Shown here in pieces: positions 26,280 to 39,189 of a stretch of DNA of 64,000 nt (positions are counted from its first letter, which is position 1; every line of letters begins with the position of its first letter). Source of the DNA: Vicugna vicugna (Eukaryota); the NCBI GenBank assembly GCA_013265495.1, contig MU061579.1:5145146-5209145 (forward strand). The letters run 5' to 3'. The notes below the pieces were generated by a model. That model did not search any database and was not told the DNA's origin. It saw only the letters and a list, made by a program, of their open reading frames with translations. A program made the translations under genes and the position numbers.

Positions 26280-26630
26280 TCTCACATTTCTCCATCTGCC
26301 TGTCATGTGTTCCAATATGTCAGAATTTCCCACTTTCAAGACTCAGCTGTAAAAAGTTTTCTCTATGACCTAAGCCCTGTTGGGATAGAGATTTTTTTCT
26401 AAAAATCTTTGACATTCACAGATAGAAATAAATGATTTCTTATTCTTTAAATTCAACATTATGTAATAGCATATATCCTCATTCCATTATATTATGTTAA
26501 TTAATTTATCTCCCTATTCAAGGTTATAGAGACTTAGAGGATGTCATTTTGTCATGTAAATAGTTGGCTTATTAACATCTGACATTAATAGGCACATAGT
26601 AAAATACGTATGTGTTTGTAAATAAATAAT
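26280..26630 (+). mobile_element. Decayed L2 3' fragment
   Basis: ctttcaagactcagct...ttttctctatgacc...taataggcacatagtaaaatac...gtttgtaaataaataa. Confidence 0.5.
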
Positions 26631-27600
26631 TAGAAAGAAACTTGGCATGATAATTTATTCTTAAACATGTTATTTATTTACTTATTATAATGTTACAAAT
26701 GTAACATACAGATATAACATCTTTTTTAAGATGTAAAACTTGTGCCCCATTAGAATGGAAGGTGCTGAACATAAATGACATAAAAGATCACAGGTCCACC
26801 TCTAAAGTGTTAATAGCTTACCTAAGCATCAAAAACTGGAAAGGCTTCATCATTATTAGAAAAACTATGAAATATATATTACAGTAAAATTCCTTAATGT
26901 GCTAACTCTAAGTTAGAATTAAAAATCAATACTGGGAGAATTTTTGGTGTAGTTGGTAGGGCTATTTTTAAGATAACTGCTTGTTAATCATGTAAGGCAA
27001 AAATATCTTCTTCTCTGATCATTTCATACTGAACCTCGATTCTCAACTGCCAACACATGCACTCTTCAACCAAGTTGGGAAGTAACAAACAGCTTGGTTC
27101 TGTATAAGATAGTAGCTACAGACATTTAACTAACAATTACCCATTTCACCTCAAAAAGTGAAGAAATTATGTTCTGCATCCAGCACATAATTCTGGGTAG
27201 CTCTGAGAAGAGTAGTACTTAACAGAAATTCTAAGTTCCATGTATCTTCAAAACACCCTTTTTCAGGTGTCATCTGTTTTTTGTTGTTGTTGTTGTTTTC
27301 AATAGAAATAAAACCAGTTTTTAGAGATCCTGATATCTCATATGTGTAGCTATTGCCATTTTTGGTTCATGATAATGTATCTACCCTGAAGGCCACAGAA
27401 GATACCGAAATAAGATGGAGAAATAGGAAATACTTAACTTTGACAAACAGTTGCCCTCTGGACCTGTGAATATCATTTGAGGTCTGGGCAATGATTGTAC
27501 AATGTTAGACAAATATTTATATAAAACTCTGTTGGATTCATTTTATTATTTATGCTTTTTTTAATTTGCGTTTTTTTTTTTACCTATAACCTATAGAACA

Positions 27601-28058
27601 TCATACATTTTTAAAATCTTCTTGTATAGCGTTAGATACTAGATGGGATACCCTTTTCCCCCAAGTGTTATGCCCATCTGCCATCTTCTCATTAAATTGT
27701 TGGCTTACTCTTCCCTAAAAAAAAAAAAAAAGGTATTTCAAACAACTGGAGTAACTTTTCATGTTCTGATGTACATTTCTCCCTTAGGGAAAGCAATATC
27801 CCAAAGTATAAAGGAAAGTTTTGACAACTGTAGACCAAGGAAGCTTTGCAGGGTATGTGGACAGAGGAGCGATGTGAATCCTTTCTATCCTTTACTCCGC
27901 AGTGTGCGTGCCCTATATGGTCACCAAGGGACCTGTGAGTAGAGAGAAACGGTCTCCACTTGGAGTTCCTGCTGGTGTCCATTAGCTGGATGCTGGAAGG
28001 CTATGAAGTTACTTACCTGTTTTAACCAAACTCTGTTTGTCATGTCTCCTGTTACCAT
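27601..28058 (-). other. Candidate two-exon small ORF or spliced transcript 5' end (28058-28017 joined to 27714-27601)
   Basis: AAAATGG start context; donor CAG|GTAAGT; acceptor T14-AG; joined frame open for 51 codons; no homology recognised. Confidence 0.25.
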
Positions 28059-28059
28059 T

Positions 28060-28250
28060 TTTGAGATCAACTCCACGATATGTTTTAGCTATTTAGTCAC
28101 CTGTGACGCTGTTGTCTACAGAGGTCCCCAGGCTATTCCTCACTTGAAAATATCCTTCACAGGTGCCATTTGTTCACGTACGTGTAGGGATACCCGGGGC
28201 ACAGTTTCAGATCATATTCCCTTGTACCTCGGCTTCAGAGGCATAGGATT
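28060..28250 (-). promoter_or_regulatory. Putative low-CpG promoter/enhancer patch
   Basis: Local excess of retained CpGs in unique sequence; palindrome cacgtacgtg at 28175-28184; TGACG CRE half-site at 28104-28108. Confidence 0.25.
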
Positions 28251-30530
28251 CAGTATTAGGAAATACAGCTACATATAATACTATCCAAGTCAACTGAGCC
28301 AGAACCACAAGACATACTTTTATTTTTTCACCAATATAATGTAAGATTTATGATGATAGACTTTTTTGTTAATTGCCAGATTGCCTGCAGATTGTTTAAA
28401 AAAAAACAACAGTGCCTGCCATATAGTAAATGCTTAATAAATATGTCTAACAAATATATTTCTAAACTTCTAAACCAAAATATTTTTTATTGGCCACTTA
28501 TCCAATTTGTGGATCTTATATTAATACGCAGAAATCACATTTTTTTATAACTGGTACTAACACTGAAATGATCAAATGTACTAAACTGCTATATACATTC
28601 CTTTTGAAGTTCTGATTTGTAACCGTATTCAAAGGCATTTTACAGCAGCTAGCTAAATAATTCAAGTAGGGAAAGAGTCATCTAAATATCTTATTTACTG
28701 AGTTAGCTTAATAAATAATCATGAGATATTAGTAGTTTTTTTAAAATTCTCTAAACACTATGTTTTGGCATGGTTTATTGCTGGGCTATCTACATATGTT
28801 ATACAGCACTTCTTGGTATAATAACTTTCATATCACGTAAATAATACCATTTATCAGGTCAACCTTTTCAATGACAAGTATCTACCACAGAAATTACTTT
28901 AAAAGAGCTAAGAGAAAAAATTAATCTAACAACAAAATATGCTGCAAAATTTGATGGGACAAATACGTCATAAGAAAAATGTAAATATGTTCCTTATTTT
29001 TCTTTCAGTTTACATAGTGTGAAATGCACAGACCTGACATGTGTAGTTTGACTGTTCCCGTGAATGAAAACACCTGTGTCACTGCCACTGTTTATCACTA
29101 TATTTTTGCATGTTTATCATTACCTGGAATTTTTAATAGTTTTTTTTGAAGGCAGAGTTTATCTTTCTTTAAAATTGGTACTGCTCAAGAATCTTTAAAA
29201 TGTCCAGAGCCCCCAGGATATCGAAATTTAAGATGATACTATAGTCAGGTGGTGACAGATGGTTCCTCTATTGCTAAAGACTTAGAAGGATTCTGGGCAA
29301 TCAAAATTTTGGCCTCGAACATTTTTCTTATATGAAAGTTGATACCTGATATCTGATGTCTGTCTTGCAAGAAAGAAAGGTGTGTGATCAGAGAGCAAAG
29401 CCATCAAAGCATTGCTGAGTCACAGTGTAGTTTCTGCAGTGTAGAACAAATAGAAGCATTTGCAGAATCTATGTGAAAATCTTCCTTGCATTATTCTTTG
29501 AAGCCAGGCCCTCAGTTTGAAAAGCTGGGATCATAATGAATCTTAGCTGGTATTTAATGCAACTCTTTCACAACTGAAACAAGCAAAAACATCCTCAAGA
29601 TGAAAATCATTACCTGGGAATTTTTTTTAACCAAAATCAGATCATTGCTATTTTATGGAGAAATCCTCAATAAAATGTTTTGGCTATCAGTTTGTCTTGA
29701 TTTGTGGTAGGTTCGTGGTATATACTGTTTAACACCTAGTGGTTTTTCATGTGAAAGACTGTGGATATTAAAAAATAATAGCTCTTGGTACAAATAACCT
29801 ATCTGAATGATATATAATACTAGAAAAGTAGTTTTGCTGAATCTAAGATTTCATTTTTGAATAGGAAATTATAGTGGATGATTTAACTTGGAAAAAATAG
29901 GTTATTTAGAAGGAAAAGATTTGTATATCCATTTAAGTAACTTGCAGAAAAAAGGCCAATTAGCAAATCAAAGCCCTAGAAAATGATACATCCAGTTAAT
30001 CTCTTCCTCTTTGATAAAAACAGATGAACAGAGAGGATTTTCCTGCCCTGAAAAGTTTGCTAATGCTTATGAATAATGCCACACTGGGAATTATTAAAAT
30101 TTACCTTTAATGCAACCAAATTTCTCAATTTTTAATTTTTATTTTGGCATATCCCCCACTCCCATGTTCAGGGTCCCCATGTTTCTATTCTATTCTCACA
30201 AAACAAATTTTTGGGGTTCTTTATCCACAGTTTCGTGTAGAGATGAGGTTAGACTACTTTGAACTATGGAAGTGTTGGAACTGTAAGAGAACTATGGACT
30301 TGATTTAAATTGATGAAGTTCTAGAAGCATGTTAGTCATCATCCTGTACTTGACAAGGGCCTCTTGAACCTCCCAGGGCCTTCAAAGCACCTTTGAAATA
30401 ATATCATATAGTCAAATATTCACATAAATCAACCTGGCCAAAAGAAACTATGTCAAAAACACAAGGGGAGATACGGGAAAGCTCTCTACAAATAATTGAA
30501 AACTCAGAAACTCTCCTGAACTAGTAGATT

Positions 30531-30556
30531 TGTGTGTGTGTGTGTGTGTGTGTGTG
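30531..30556. repeat. (TG)13 microsatellite
   Basis: Perfect tg run. Confidence 0.95.
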
Positions 30557-30864
30557 ACTATAGACCTAACACGTTTTGCTAAAAAAAAAAAAATATTAGC
30601 AGTATCATAGTAACTGTTTCAAAATAAATGAAAGAGGAAAATGAATAAAACAACCTATTTTTTCCAAAGTATGAGAAAATAATGGAATTTTACTGAATAA
30701 AAGGCAAATTAAAATGTATCCAGATACTTATAATATGAAGTAACAAAAAGTAAGACGGGACTCTAGGAATCACATGGCCAAATCATCAAGGAAATAAAAT
30801 TTTAAAAGATTAAAGTAACACATACAAAGCTGCAAAAGGGAATTTAATCCCCACATGCTCTCCA

Positions 30865-31330
30865 AACCCTCATTTTTGGCTGTCTGCAAGATATCTCTAC
30901 TCAAATATCCTGCTGACACTTAAAACATAACGTGTCTATAGCCAAGCTCATTATTTTCTCAGTCTTCTCTGTGTTCCCATCACTGTCAATATCATTATAC
31001 TCCTGGCTCACCAGGCTATTAAATGTATAGTCATTTTTGATTTCTTCTTGTCCTTAGTCAACCATATGCCCTCTATCAAAGATCTTCTTCCAAAGCATTT
31101 TTCAAATTTGGTACCTACTTTAAGTTATTACAGTCAGAACCCTTTCCCATGTCACAGCCACTCTTCTGGAATAACTACTATAAAAATGTGTCTACTGTCA
31201 AATTACATCTTCTTTTATTTGTCCAAATAATAAAGCAAAAATCATCATCATGATTTCATGACTTCTGAAGTCCAAATGTGGTCCCAATTTATATCTTAAT
31301 TAAATCAAAGCCATAATTTAATCACATTAA
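30865..31330 (+). mobile_element. L2 body fragment
   Basis: gatatctctactcaaatatcctgctgacacttaaaacataacgtgtctatagccaagctcattattttc...tcatttttgatttctt. Confidence 0.6.
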
Positions 31331-31507
31331 AAACATAATGAATTTCCATCCTACATTTCCTTCCTGCATAATTCTGTGTACTTCCAAATGCTCAACTGAC
31401 TAACTGAATGGTGATGACAACAAAACACATTTCTCTCTCCTAAATTCTAGCCTCACAAACAAAAGCTAATAGTTGATCTTAGTTTGCAACCACAGTTTTT
31501 TTTTTTT

Positions 31508-31612
31508 GATGGTTGCTACTAGATTTACTGTGGTGATCATTTCACAATATATACATAGATTGAATCATTGTTGTAACATGAAACTAATGTCATATATATC
31601 TCAATTTCAAAA
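31508..31612 (+). mobile_element. Short L1 3' terminal fragment
   Basis: gatggttgctactagatttactgtggtgatcatttcacaatatataca...gaatcattgttgtaacatgaaactaat. Confidence 0.7.
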
Positions 31613-31869
31613 GCCCCCGGAAACAAGAAAAAAAAGAGATCAATTTTGACTTACAACCTACACAATCAGAATTAACTGCATAGTGATTTTGTAAATGGAA
31701 TCAGGTAACAACTTTTCTGCCTGTTACCTTTTATGTGTGTTATCTTAAAACTAAGGAAGCCAAAATGTCCATGAGTGGTGATGTAGGGCTGCCTAGTTCC
31801 CCAAAAAGCTGTGAGCTGTCAGATCCACCTATCCTGCCCCCAAAGGCAGCTGACTACAGAACCACTACA

Positions 31870-32040
31870 ACTACACTCATTAAACACTTTATATATAACA
31901 TTCAACCTTATAAGGTAGATATTATTATCTCTAGTAAAGAAAAGAGAATATTAAGACCCAGTTTGATTAAACTAATACATGATGGAGCCTGGCTATAGAT
32001 TCAGACATGATGATTCAAGAGCCCACATGCTTTTAACATC
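31870..32040 (-). mobile_element. MIR fragment
   Basis: caaccttataaggtagatattattatctc...gatggagcctgg...tgattcaagagcccacatgcttttaac. Confidence 0.6.
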
Positions 32041-32611
32041 CATGCTTTTCTTCCTCTCCTTTATTCACATCAACCTACAGCTAGTTTCCTACGGATCATC
32101 TCCATTTGACTGTCCATGCTATCTTCTAACCTGTTTTATCCAGATAAAATCTATTATTATCACAGACATCCTACATCAAATTCTCTCTCCCGCTAAGAAC
32201 ATGGACACAAGTCAAGATTCCCTTGATTCATTTTACAGCTCTGACACTCAATTTTGGCTCTGTGATTGCAGGCAAGTGACTAATATTTCAAAGCCTCGAA
32301 TTCTTCAACATCATTATGAAAGTCACTAGAATGAATGTTTCCAACAGATAAAATAGTATATTTAAACAAATGAGTGAACAGTTATTCTTAGTATTATTGT
32401 TCTCAATGTCATTTCTTTTCCTCTTCTTTCCTTCCTTCCTCTCTCCCTCCCTCCCTTCTATCTTTACTTTTTTTTTTATTTGTAAATAGATAGGCCTATA
32501 ACTAGGTTTATAGTGATAAGTCTCATTCAAAAATGTCACTTCTGCAACAAAAGACTTCTCAGCCTCCTAGTTTATATTAAGGAATGGATTCTCAAACTTG
32601 GCACTAATGAT

Positions 32612-35010
32612 TTTTTTATTTTGAGAATACCATTACTGATATATAAATAACATAAAATTTCCCACTTTGAAATGTACAATTTAGAGTTTTTTAGTGTATT
32701 TGCAAAGCTGTATAATAATCACTCCTTTCTAACTTGAGAATATACACATCACCAGAGAAAGAAATTTCAACACATTAGCAGTTTCTTCCCATCTCCTAAT
32801 CACCACTGCCTCTAGTAAAAGCTAACATACTTTCTGTTGCTATGGATTTTGCCACTCTGGGTAATTCATATCAATGGAATTATACAATACGTGACCTTTG
32901 AATCTGGCTTTTTCACTTTGCACATTGCTTTCAAGGTTCACTCATGTGGTAAGATAAAGCAGTATTTAAATCTCCTTCAGGTAGGATATTATTCCATGTA
33001 TGGATATACCACCATTTATTTATCTACTGAGAAACATCTGGGTTGTTTCCAGTTCTTAGCTATTAAGAACAATGCTGCTATGAATATTCATGTGTAACTT
33101 TTTAATGTGAACCTATGTTTTTTATTTATCTTGAACATATACCTAGGAGTGGAACTGCTGCCTCATATGATAATGCTACTTATAACATTTTGCACTGTTT
33201 AACATCTTGCCGAACAGTTTTTTAAAGTGGATACACAATTTTACACTCCCATAAGCAACGTACAAGAGTTCTAATTTATCTACATATTTTTAAATATTGA
33301 TTACTGTTAGTCTTTATATTTTTGCCTTAATGTGAAATGATATGTCACTGTGGTTTTGATCTGCATTTTCTTAATGATAATGATGTTGAACATCTCTTCA
33401 AATGCTTATTTGCAACGTTGTATATCTTATTTTGGAGAAAAATCTATTCTACTGATTTTTAATACAGGACTTTAACATTTTGTTTTTAAACATATGATTC
33501 ACTTAGGGTTAATTTTTGTATATGGTGTGAAGCATGAGTTCGACTTCATTCTCTTGCATGTGGATATTCAGTTCTCCAAGAACCATTTGTTGAAAATACT
33601 ATTCTCAATCACCAAACTGTCTTGGCACATTCATAGACAATCATTTGTATGTAAATACAAGGGCTTTTATTCCATCAATTTTATTCCACTACTGTATTAT
33701 GTCTATTTAATGAAATTTTCCAATCCATGAACATGGTACCTCTTTCCATTTATATATTTATGTATTTATATATTATATATATATATATATAAAGTCTTTA
33801 ATTTCTTTCAACGATGTGTTAGTTTTCAGTATAAAAGTCTTGTGCTTCTTTCATTACATTTATTCCTAAGAAGTTCATCCTTTGCTATATAAATATAATT
33901 ATTTAATTTCAATTTTGATCACTCATTGCTAGTGTAAAAAAGGGCAAATGAATTTTGTATACTGATATTTTATCCCACAATCATATTGAGCTTGTTTATT
34001 AGCTCTAATAGCCTTTTGTGGATTCCTAAACATTTGTTACAACAAAGGCCATGTTATCTGAAAGTATAGCTTTATTTCTTCCTTGGAAATCTGAATATCT
34101 TTCATTTATTTTTCTTGCTTTATTTCCTTACCTAGAACTTTCAATACAATGTTGAATACAAGTGGTGAAAACAGACATTCTTGTCTTGTTCCTGATCTTT
34201 CAGAGAAAAATCTGTCTTTCACCATTGAATATGTTAGTTGAGGGTTTTTCATGGATGATGTCTATTAGATTGAGAAAGTTCCCTTATATTTTCAGTTTGT
34301 TGACTGTTTTACCATGTAAGGTGTTGAATTTTGTCAAATCCTTTTTCTGTATTAAATGATCACATGTTTTATTATTTATTTTATTAATATGGTATACTCG
34401 ATAAATTTACTTTGTGACAAATTTACCTTGTGTTGTTGGCAAAAATCCTACTGGTTATGATGCATAATCCTTTTTATATGTTACTAGTTTGCCAAAATTT
34501 GGCTGACAATTTTGAACCTGTGTCATAAGGGATATCTGACTGAAGCTGTCTTATCCTGTGATGTCTTTGTTTAATTTTCTTAGTAATATTGGTCTCATAG
34601 AATGAGTTAGGAAGTGTTCATGCTGGATTGGTGATATTATTATAAAATTTCTTTGTCCTAGTAATAATTTTGTCTTATTGCTTACTTTTCTGATATTAGT
34701 CTAGACACTCCAGCTGTTTTTACTTTTTATTTACTTGGTATATCTTTTCCCATTCTTTTACTTTCAACCTATTTGTGATTAACAATCTAAAGCCTATCTC
34801 TTTTAGGTAACATAGAGTTGGATAATAATTTTTATCCACTCTACCAATTTCTTCCATTTGATTGGAATGCATAATATATTCTTATTTCATGTAATTACTA
34901 TTAAGTTATGATTCATATCTGACATTGTGCTATTTTTTAATATGTCATTTTTTTGTTCTCCTCTCTTCCTGCATCACTGCATCATATTTTATCAAATAAA
35001 TATATCCTAT
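32612..35010 (-). mobile_element. Old L1 (L1MB-like) 3' UTR + ORF2 with large internal deletions
   Basis: cataaaatttcccactttgaaatgtacaatt...atacctaggagtggaactgctg...caatacaatgttgaata...gtctcatagaatgagttaggaagtg, then a jump to upstream L1 sequence near 34620. Confidence 0.85.
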
Positions 35011-37499
35011 TATACTATGAAGAAGGCTCTGAAGCAAAAATCAAACTCTAATTTTAATTTCAGGGCCCAGTCCCCTTTAAGTCTCATCACAACACTCATA
35101 CATGACTCACTGGAATTCTGCAAATACATACAACTTGTACTATTTTTTTAGGTTTTTTTTGTATTGTTTTAATAGTAACAAAGGATCTTCTCTTGCTAAC
35201 TGTATTCTGGAGATTTTTATTTTCACCCAGCTTTATTAAGTTTCAGTAAGCATATTTTCCCCTCAAGTTTGGGAAATACATTTGGTAAAATGTTTGCTTA
35301 AGTACTATTAGTTATAATTTTATGATGAAATTATACATATAATACAAGACTCTGGACTTTATACTGAAATAGTTATCACCTCACCCTTCTTCTGACTCTC
35401 CAAACCTGCTTAGATTTTAAGAGCTAGTAATCTATTTTTGATACTTTGTTTTATAGTATAGACTATTCTATCAAACAAATAAATTATTAATTTATTTATG
35501 ATAAAATCATATCAAATTATATCCATCAAAACTACTAAAGCAATAATTTGTGACTTCAGAGTCACACATTATATTATTGTTATTGATATATTTCATCAAT
35601 TAGAGTACAAAGAACTTATACCACATTCACATGTGAGAATGCTTTATTTTTCTTTCCCCAGAAAAGAGTAATACTTTTCAATTCTTACATAATCATTAGC
35701 AAAAAGTCTTATTTTTTTACATTTTTATTATTTATGAGTTTAAATATTTAAACATTTTAATGGAAAATGCCCATCTATATTTAAAATACATTTAAACATA
35801 CTTTTTGTATTTTAACAAACTCAGAAGGTTAATATTTATTATATTAAAAAAGTAAGATTTTTATATGTGTTACAGATATTTATGATTTGGATTTTATATT
35901 TCTTTTTACTCATCTTTCTGTTAAAATTGATTAATGCTGTGGGTTTATGATTTGATTTTCTTTATGGTTCCTGCATTTCACTTTATTATTAGGATCACTT
36001 ATCCTATCTTAATATTTTTTTAAGTTGTATATAATCATTTTAATTTTTTCATGCATGCATTCTATGATACACATTTTATAACTTTTTATCATTAGTACAA
36101 GATATGAGATCATTATTTTTTCCAAACATTTTATCAACATATGTTTCCTATTCTCTTGATTGAATTTTCCTTTTTTCTTGGAACAAAATCCCTACTCTTT
36201 CAAGGATAATTTTCTTAACTCATCATGCCACTATATAAGGAAGCCCTTAATTATCATAAGCCATTTTTAAATGTGACTCTGAAATGCCTACATCAAAGAA
36301 TATATGCTGTCACTTTTCTGGTATAATAATGGAACCTGAACGTCTTTATTTCTTGTTCTCAGTAGAACAATCATATGAGTCCATGCTGGAAGCCAAAACA
36401 TCATCCTAATAAGATTGTAATAGTAAAATTTACTTGATAATTGATGCTATGCGTATTTTAATGGCCTGGAATCACACGAAAATATGTAACATTTTAATTA
36501 CAATGTTATAAGTACTCTATCATATGTAGTGCTGCTATATGAACCTAGTAACTTACTATTCTGCTTTACAAAAACTTACTGTTCCTCCATATGACTCACA
36601 GTTCAAAGAAAAAGAGAAAATTATGCAATGTGTTTTAAACTGCAATGGATTTTTCTACACTGTTTGCACAGCTTTCTTTTTCAGCCTTGTTTTCTTCCTT
36701 AAAATCGCCATGCTAATACTTTTAAAGAGGATTTTAGAAGATAGAAAAACTAGGAATAAGATAAGTGTACAGAAGCTGAAAAATAGAAAAAACATGCTAA
36801 CCTCTGGGGCATCCAATTATTTTCACTGTGGGATAACCTCTTGGCATTCATCTGTAGACCCTTCAAAACAGTGTTTTATACTGCATAGTTCTAAAATGAG
36901 TGCTTTTAATTTTTTCAGTTTATGAAGTAGTGAGAATAAGGAGAGCATATGGCCTCAAATAAACTTTATCCTTTCACAATCTGCAGAATAAACTGCCACT
37001 GGGAAATATTTTCTGCTTTGTAATAACTGATTTTTTTTTCTTACCTACTCTAAGTGTAAGTGAAGTTTTATTGTAAAGCTTCTTGATACTAAATAATGTA
37101 TCATTTAGCATCATGTTTAATAAAGTATAAAAACCTATATTAATCTTGATGCTTCATTTGGTTCAGATAAAAGGCAGGTTATTTCAGTAGGAGAATTTTT
37201 CTTATTTCTAAAGACCACAAGTGAACAATGATCCTAGAAGTTACATATATCACACTTCTCCTACAGCTGCAACTTGGTTTTTAGATATGAAATGTTCAAA
37301 AAATAAGCCAAAAGACACTCACTAGCAAAATCTATACAGGTTTACAAAGACAAACTGTAATATTAGGGCAATTGCTTTATACTTATTGAAAAAGAGAATA
37401 AAGACATGCATTGGCACTCTGACAATTTTAATTTAGATATTAATTAGTATTTGCATATAATCTCAAACATTTTTAGAGAAATAGTCCACGCATTTTTTA

Positions 37500-38010
37500 A
37501 AATCATTGCTGTTTAGAGCTCCTAGCACTATTTCCACAATGAGTACTGCCTTCTGAAAACAATCTTGTTTTAGTTTCTAGGGGGCTATACTTTTGGTTTT
37601 CGTCTTTGCTTTCATACCCCAACTCACTTGGCCTTGCATTTTCAACCTCTAATGACCTCTGATCCTTGTGGTTCAGTTTTGAGCATTCTTTTGTACTCTC
37701 AGTAGTCTCATAATGAATTGATGTTTATAACTCTCAAATGCTTGACTTCAAATTATATTTATCCTCAGTCTCATGTTTACATATTAAGCTTCTTTAATTA
37801 AAGATCTTCACTTATATATATCCAAGATATGCACAAACTGTACTGCTGATCTATGTACATTCATATGCTTGTAGCTGTCATCTTAGTAAATTTCACCTTT
37901 ATATTCGCATTAGCCAGAAACCTAAAATTTGTCTCTCCCTTTCCTTCTCCCTCTCCTTGACTACCACACATCCCAGTCTTAAATGTTCTGATTTTAATTT
38001 TCCTATCCAA
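37500..38010 (+). mobile_element. Decayed L2 fragment
   Basis: tcatcttagtaaatttcacc...agccagaaacctaaaatttgtctctccctt...cacatcccagtcttaaatgttctgattt. Confidence 0.45.
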
Positions 38011-38022
38011 AAATTTTTAGAG

Positions 38023-38735
38023 TATGTGGAAGAGGTTAGTTGCTCATCAATTTTGTTCTCTAAGTTGGTAGGAAAACTAGATTCCTCAGCTTCCTTTACA
38101 AATGGGAGGTCTGTTTAACTGATACCTGCTCATGGCATGTGGGATAAAATGATGCATCTCACTTCTAGACATGGCCATATAACATCCTACCAGATATCAA
38201 TGCCTCCACTTCTTTGCTGGCTGGGCAAAGGGAAAGAACCTGGTAGAAAATTTTAGGAGACTCAGGAGAGTCCCCTAGAAGCCAAAACAAGATGGTTTTT
38301 AGAAGGCAGTACTCATTGTGCAAATAATGCTAAAAAAAAAATCAGAGAATTTTCTGTAGTGAAGGAAAGATTCTGTATCTGTCCTGTCCAATACACTCAC
38401 CACTAGCCACATACAGCTACTGACACTTGGAATGCAGCCAGGCGGACTGAGGACTGAAGAACTGGTTTTTACATTAAAATTTTTTAATTAATTTAAATTC
38501 AGTTTAAATAGTTATACAAGGCTAATGACTACTGTAGTAGACAACATAGCTTTAGAGGATGGTGGGCCACAGGATGTTAAAAACATAAATCCGTTAGCCA
38601 TCACTTAAAGGAGAGTTCTCCATGAGAGCTACCCTAACCATATTAGTACACTAACAAGAAACAGAACTTGATTATATTAAGCCACTGAGACTATAAGGCT
38701 GTCTATTACTGCAGCTAGCATTAATTTACTGACAC
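38023..38735 (+). mobile_element. Old MLT1 (MLT1I/J-like) LTR, interrupted by MER3
   Basis: aaactagattcctcagcttcc...gatgcatctcacttctagacatggcc...ttaagccactgagact...ttactgcagctagcatt...tgacaca. Confidence 0.7.
38345..38550. mobile_element. MER3 hAT-Charlie MITE
   Basis: attctgtatctgtcctgtccaata...ccactagccacat...ttaattaatttaaatt...gctaatgactactgtagtagacaacatag. Confidence 0.8.
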
Positions 38736-39170
38736 AGGAAATCCACTTTTAAAAAGGGGTATAATTGTGATCAAAATATAAATGAGGAGCTCCAGCTTAG
38801 CGGTTGGACTGGGGCGGAGGAGGCAAGGGAACCAATATAGCAGGCTAGAAGGCTAGATAACCAGATTATGCAGTGGGAAAACAGTAAATCCCCACCTGTA
38901 ATTCTTAAGACAGAGAACACTGGTCTCTAGAGGAGCTAACTCTGCGGAAGGTGGTTAGAAATAATCAGAGCATTGATATCAATGTTGGCTGTTACTGGCT
39001 CTTTTTAGCATGATGTTCCAAGAAGGAGATAAAAACTGTCAGTTTAGAAGCACGGATGAAAGGAAATTCAGATAGAGCCAATGTTGAAACTTGAAGGGCT
39101 TAAATGCATACTGTTTCTTTACTCCAAAGAATATGGTATGCTATATTAAAATACTTTGAAAGGCTCTTAC
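38736..39170 (+). mobile_element. Probable MLT1 internal (MLT1-int) fragment
   Basis: Directly follows the LTR-terminal CA; ccagattatgcagtggg...tgttggctgttactggctctttttagcatgatg resembles MaLR internal sequence. Confidence 0.55.
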
Positions 39171-39189
39171 TGCAAGGCATGACAGAGAA

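Noticed and set aside
36539..36925. 128-aa plus-strand ORF with a hydrophobic stretch
   Set aside because: No recognisable homology or supporting splice or promoter context; the composition is explained by T- and A-rich tracts.
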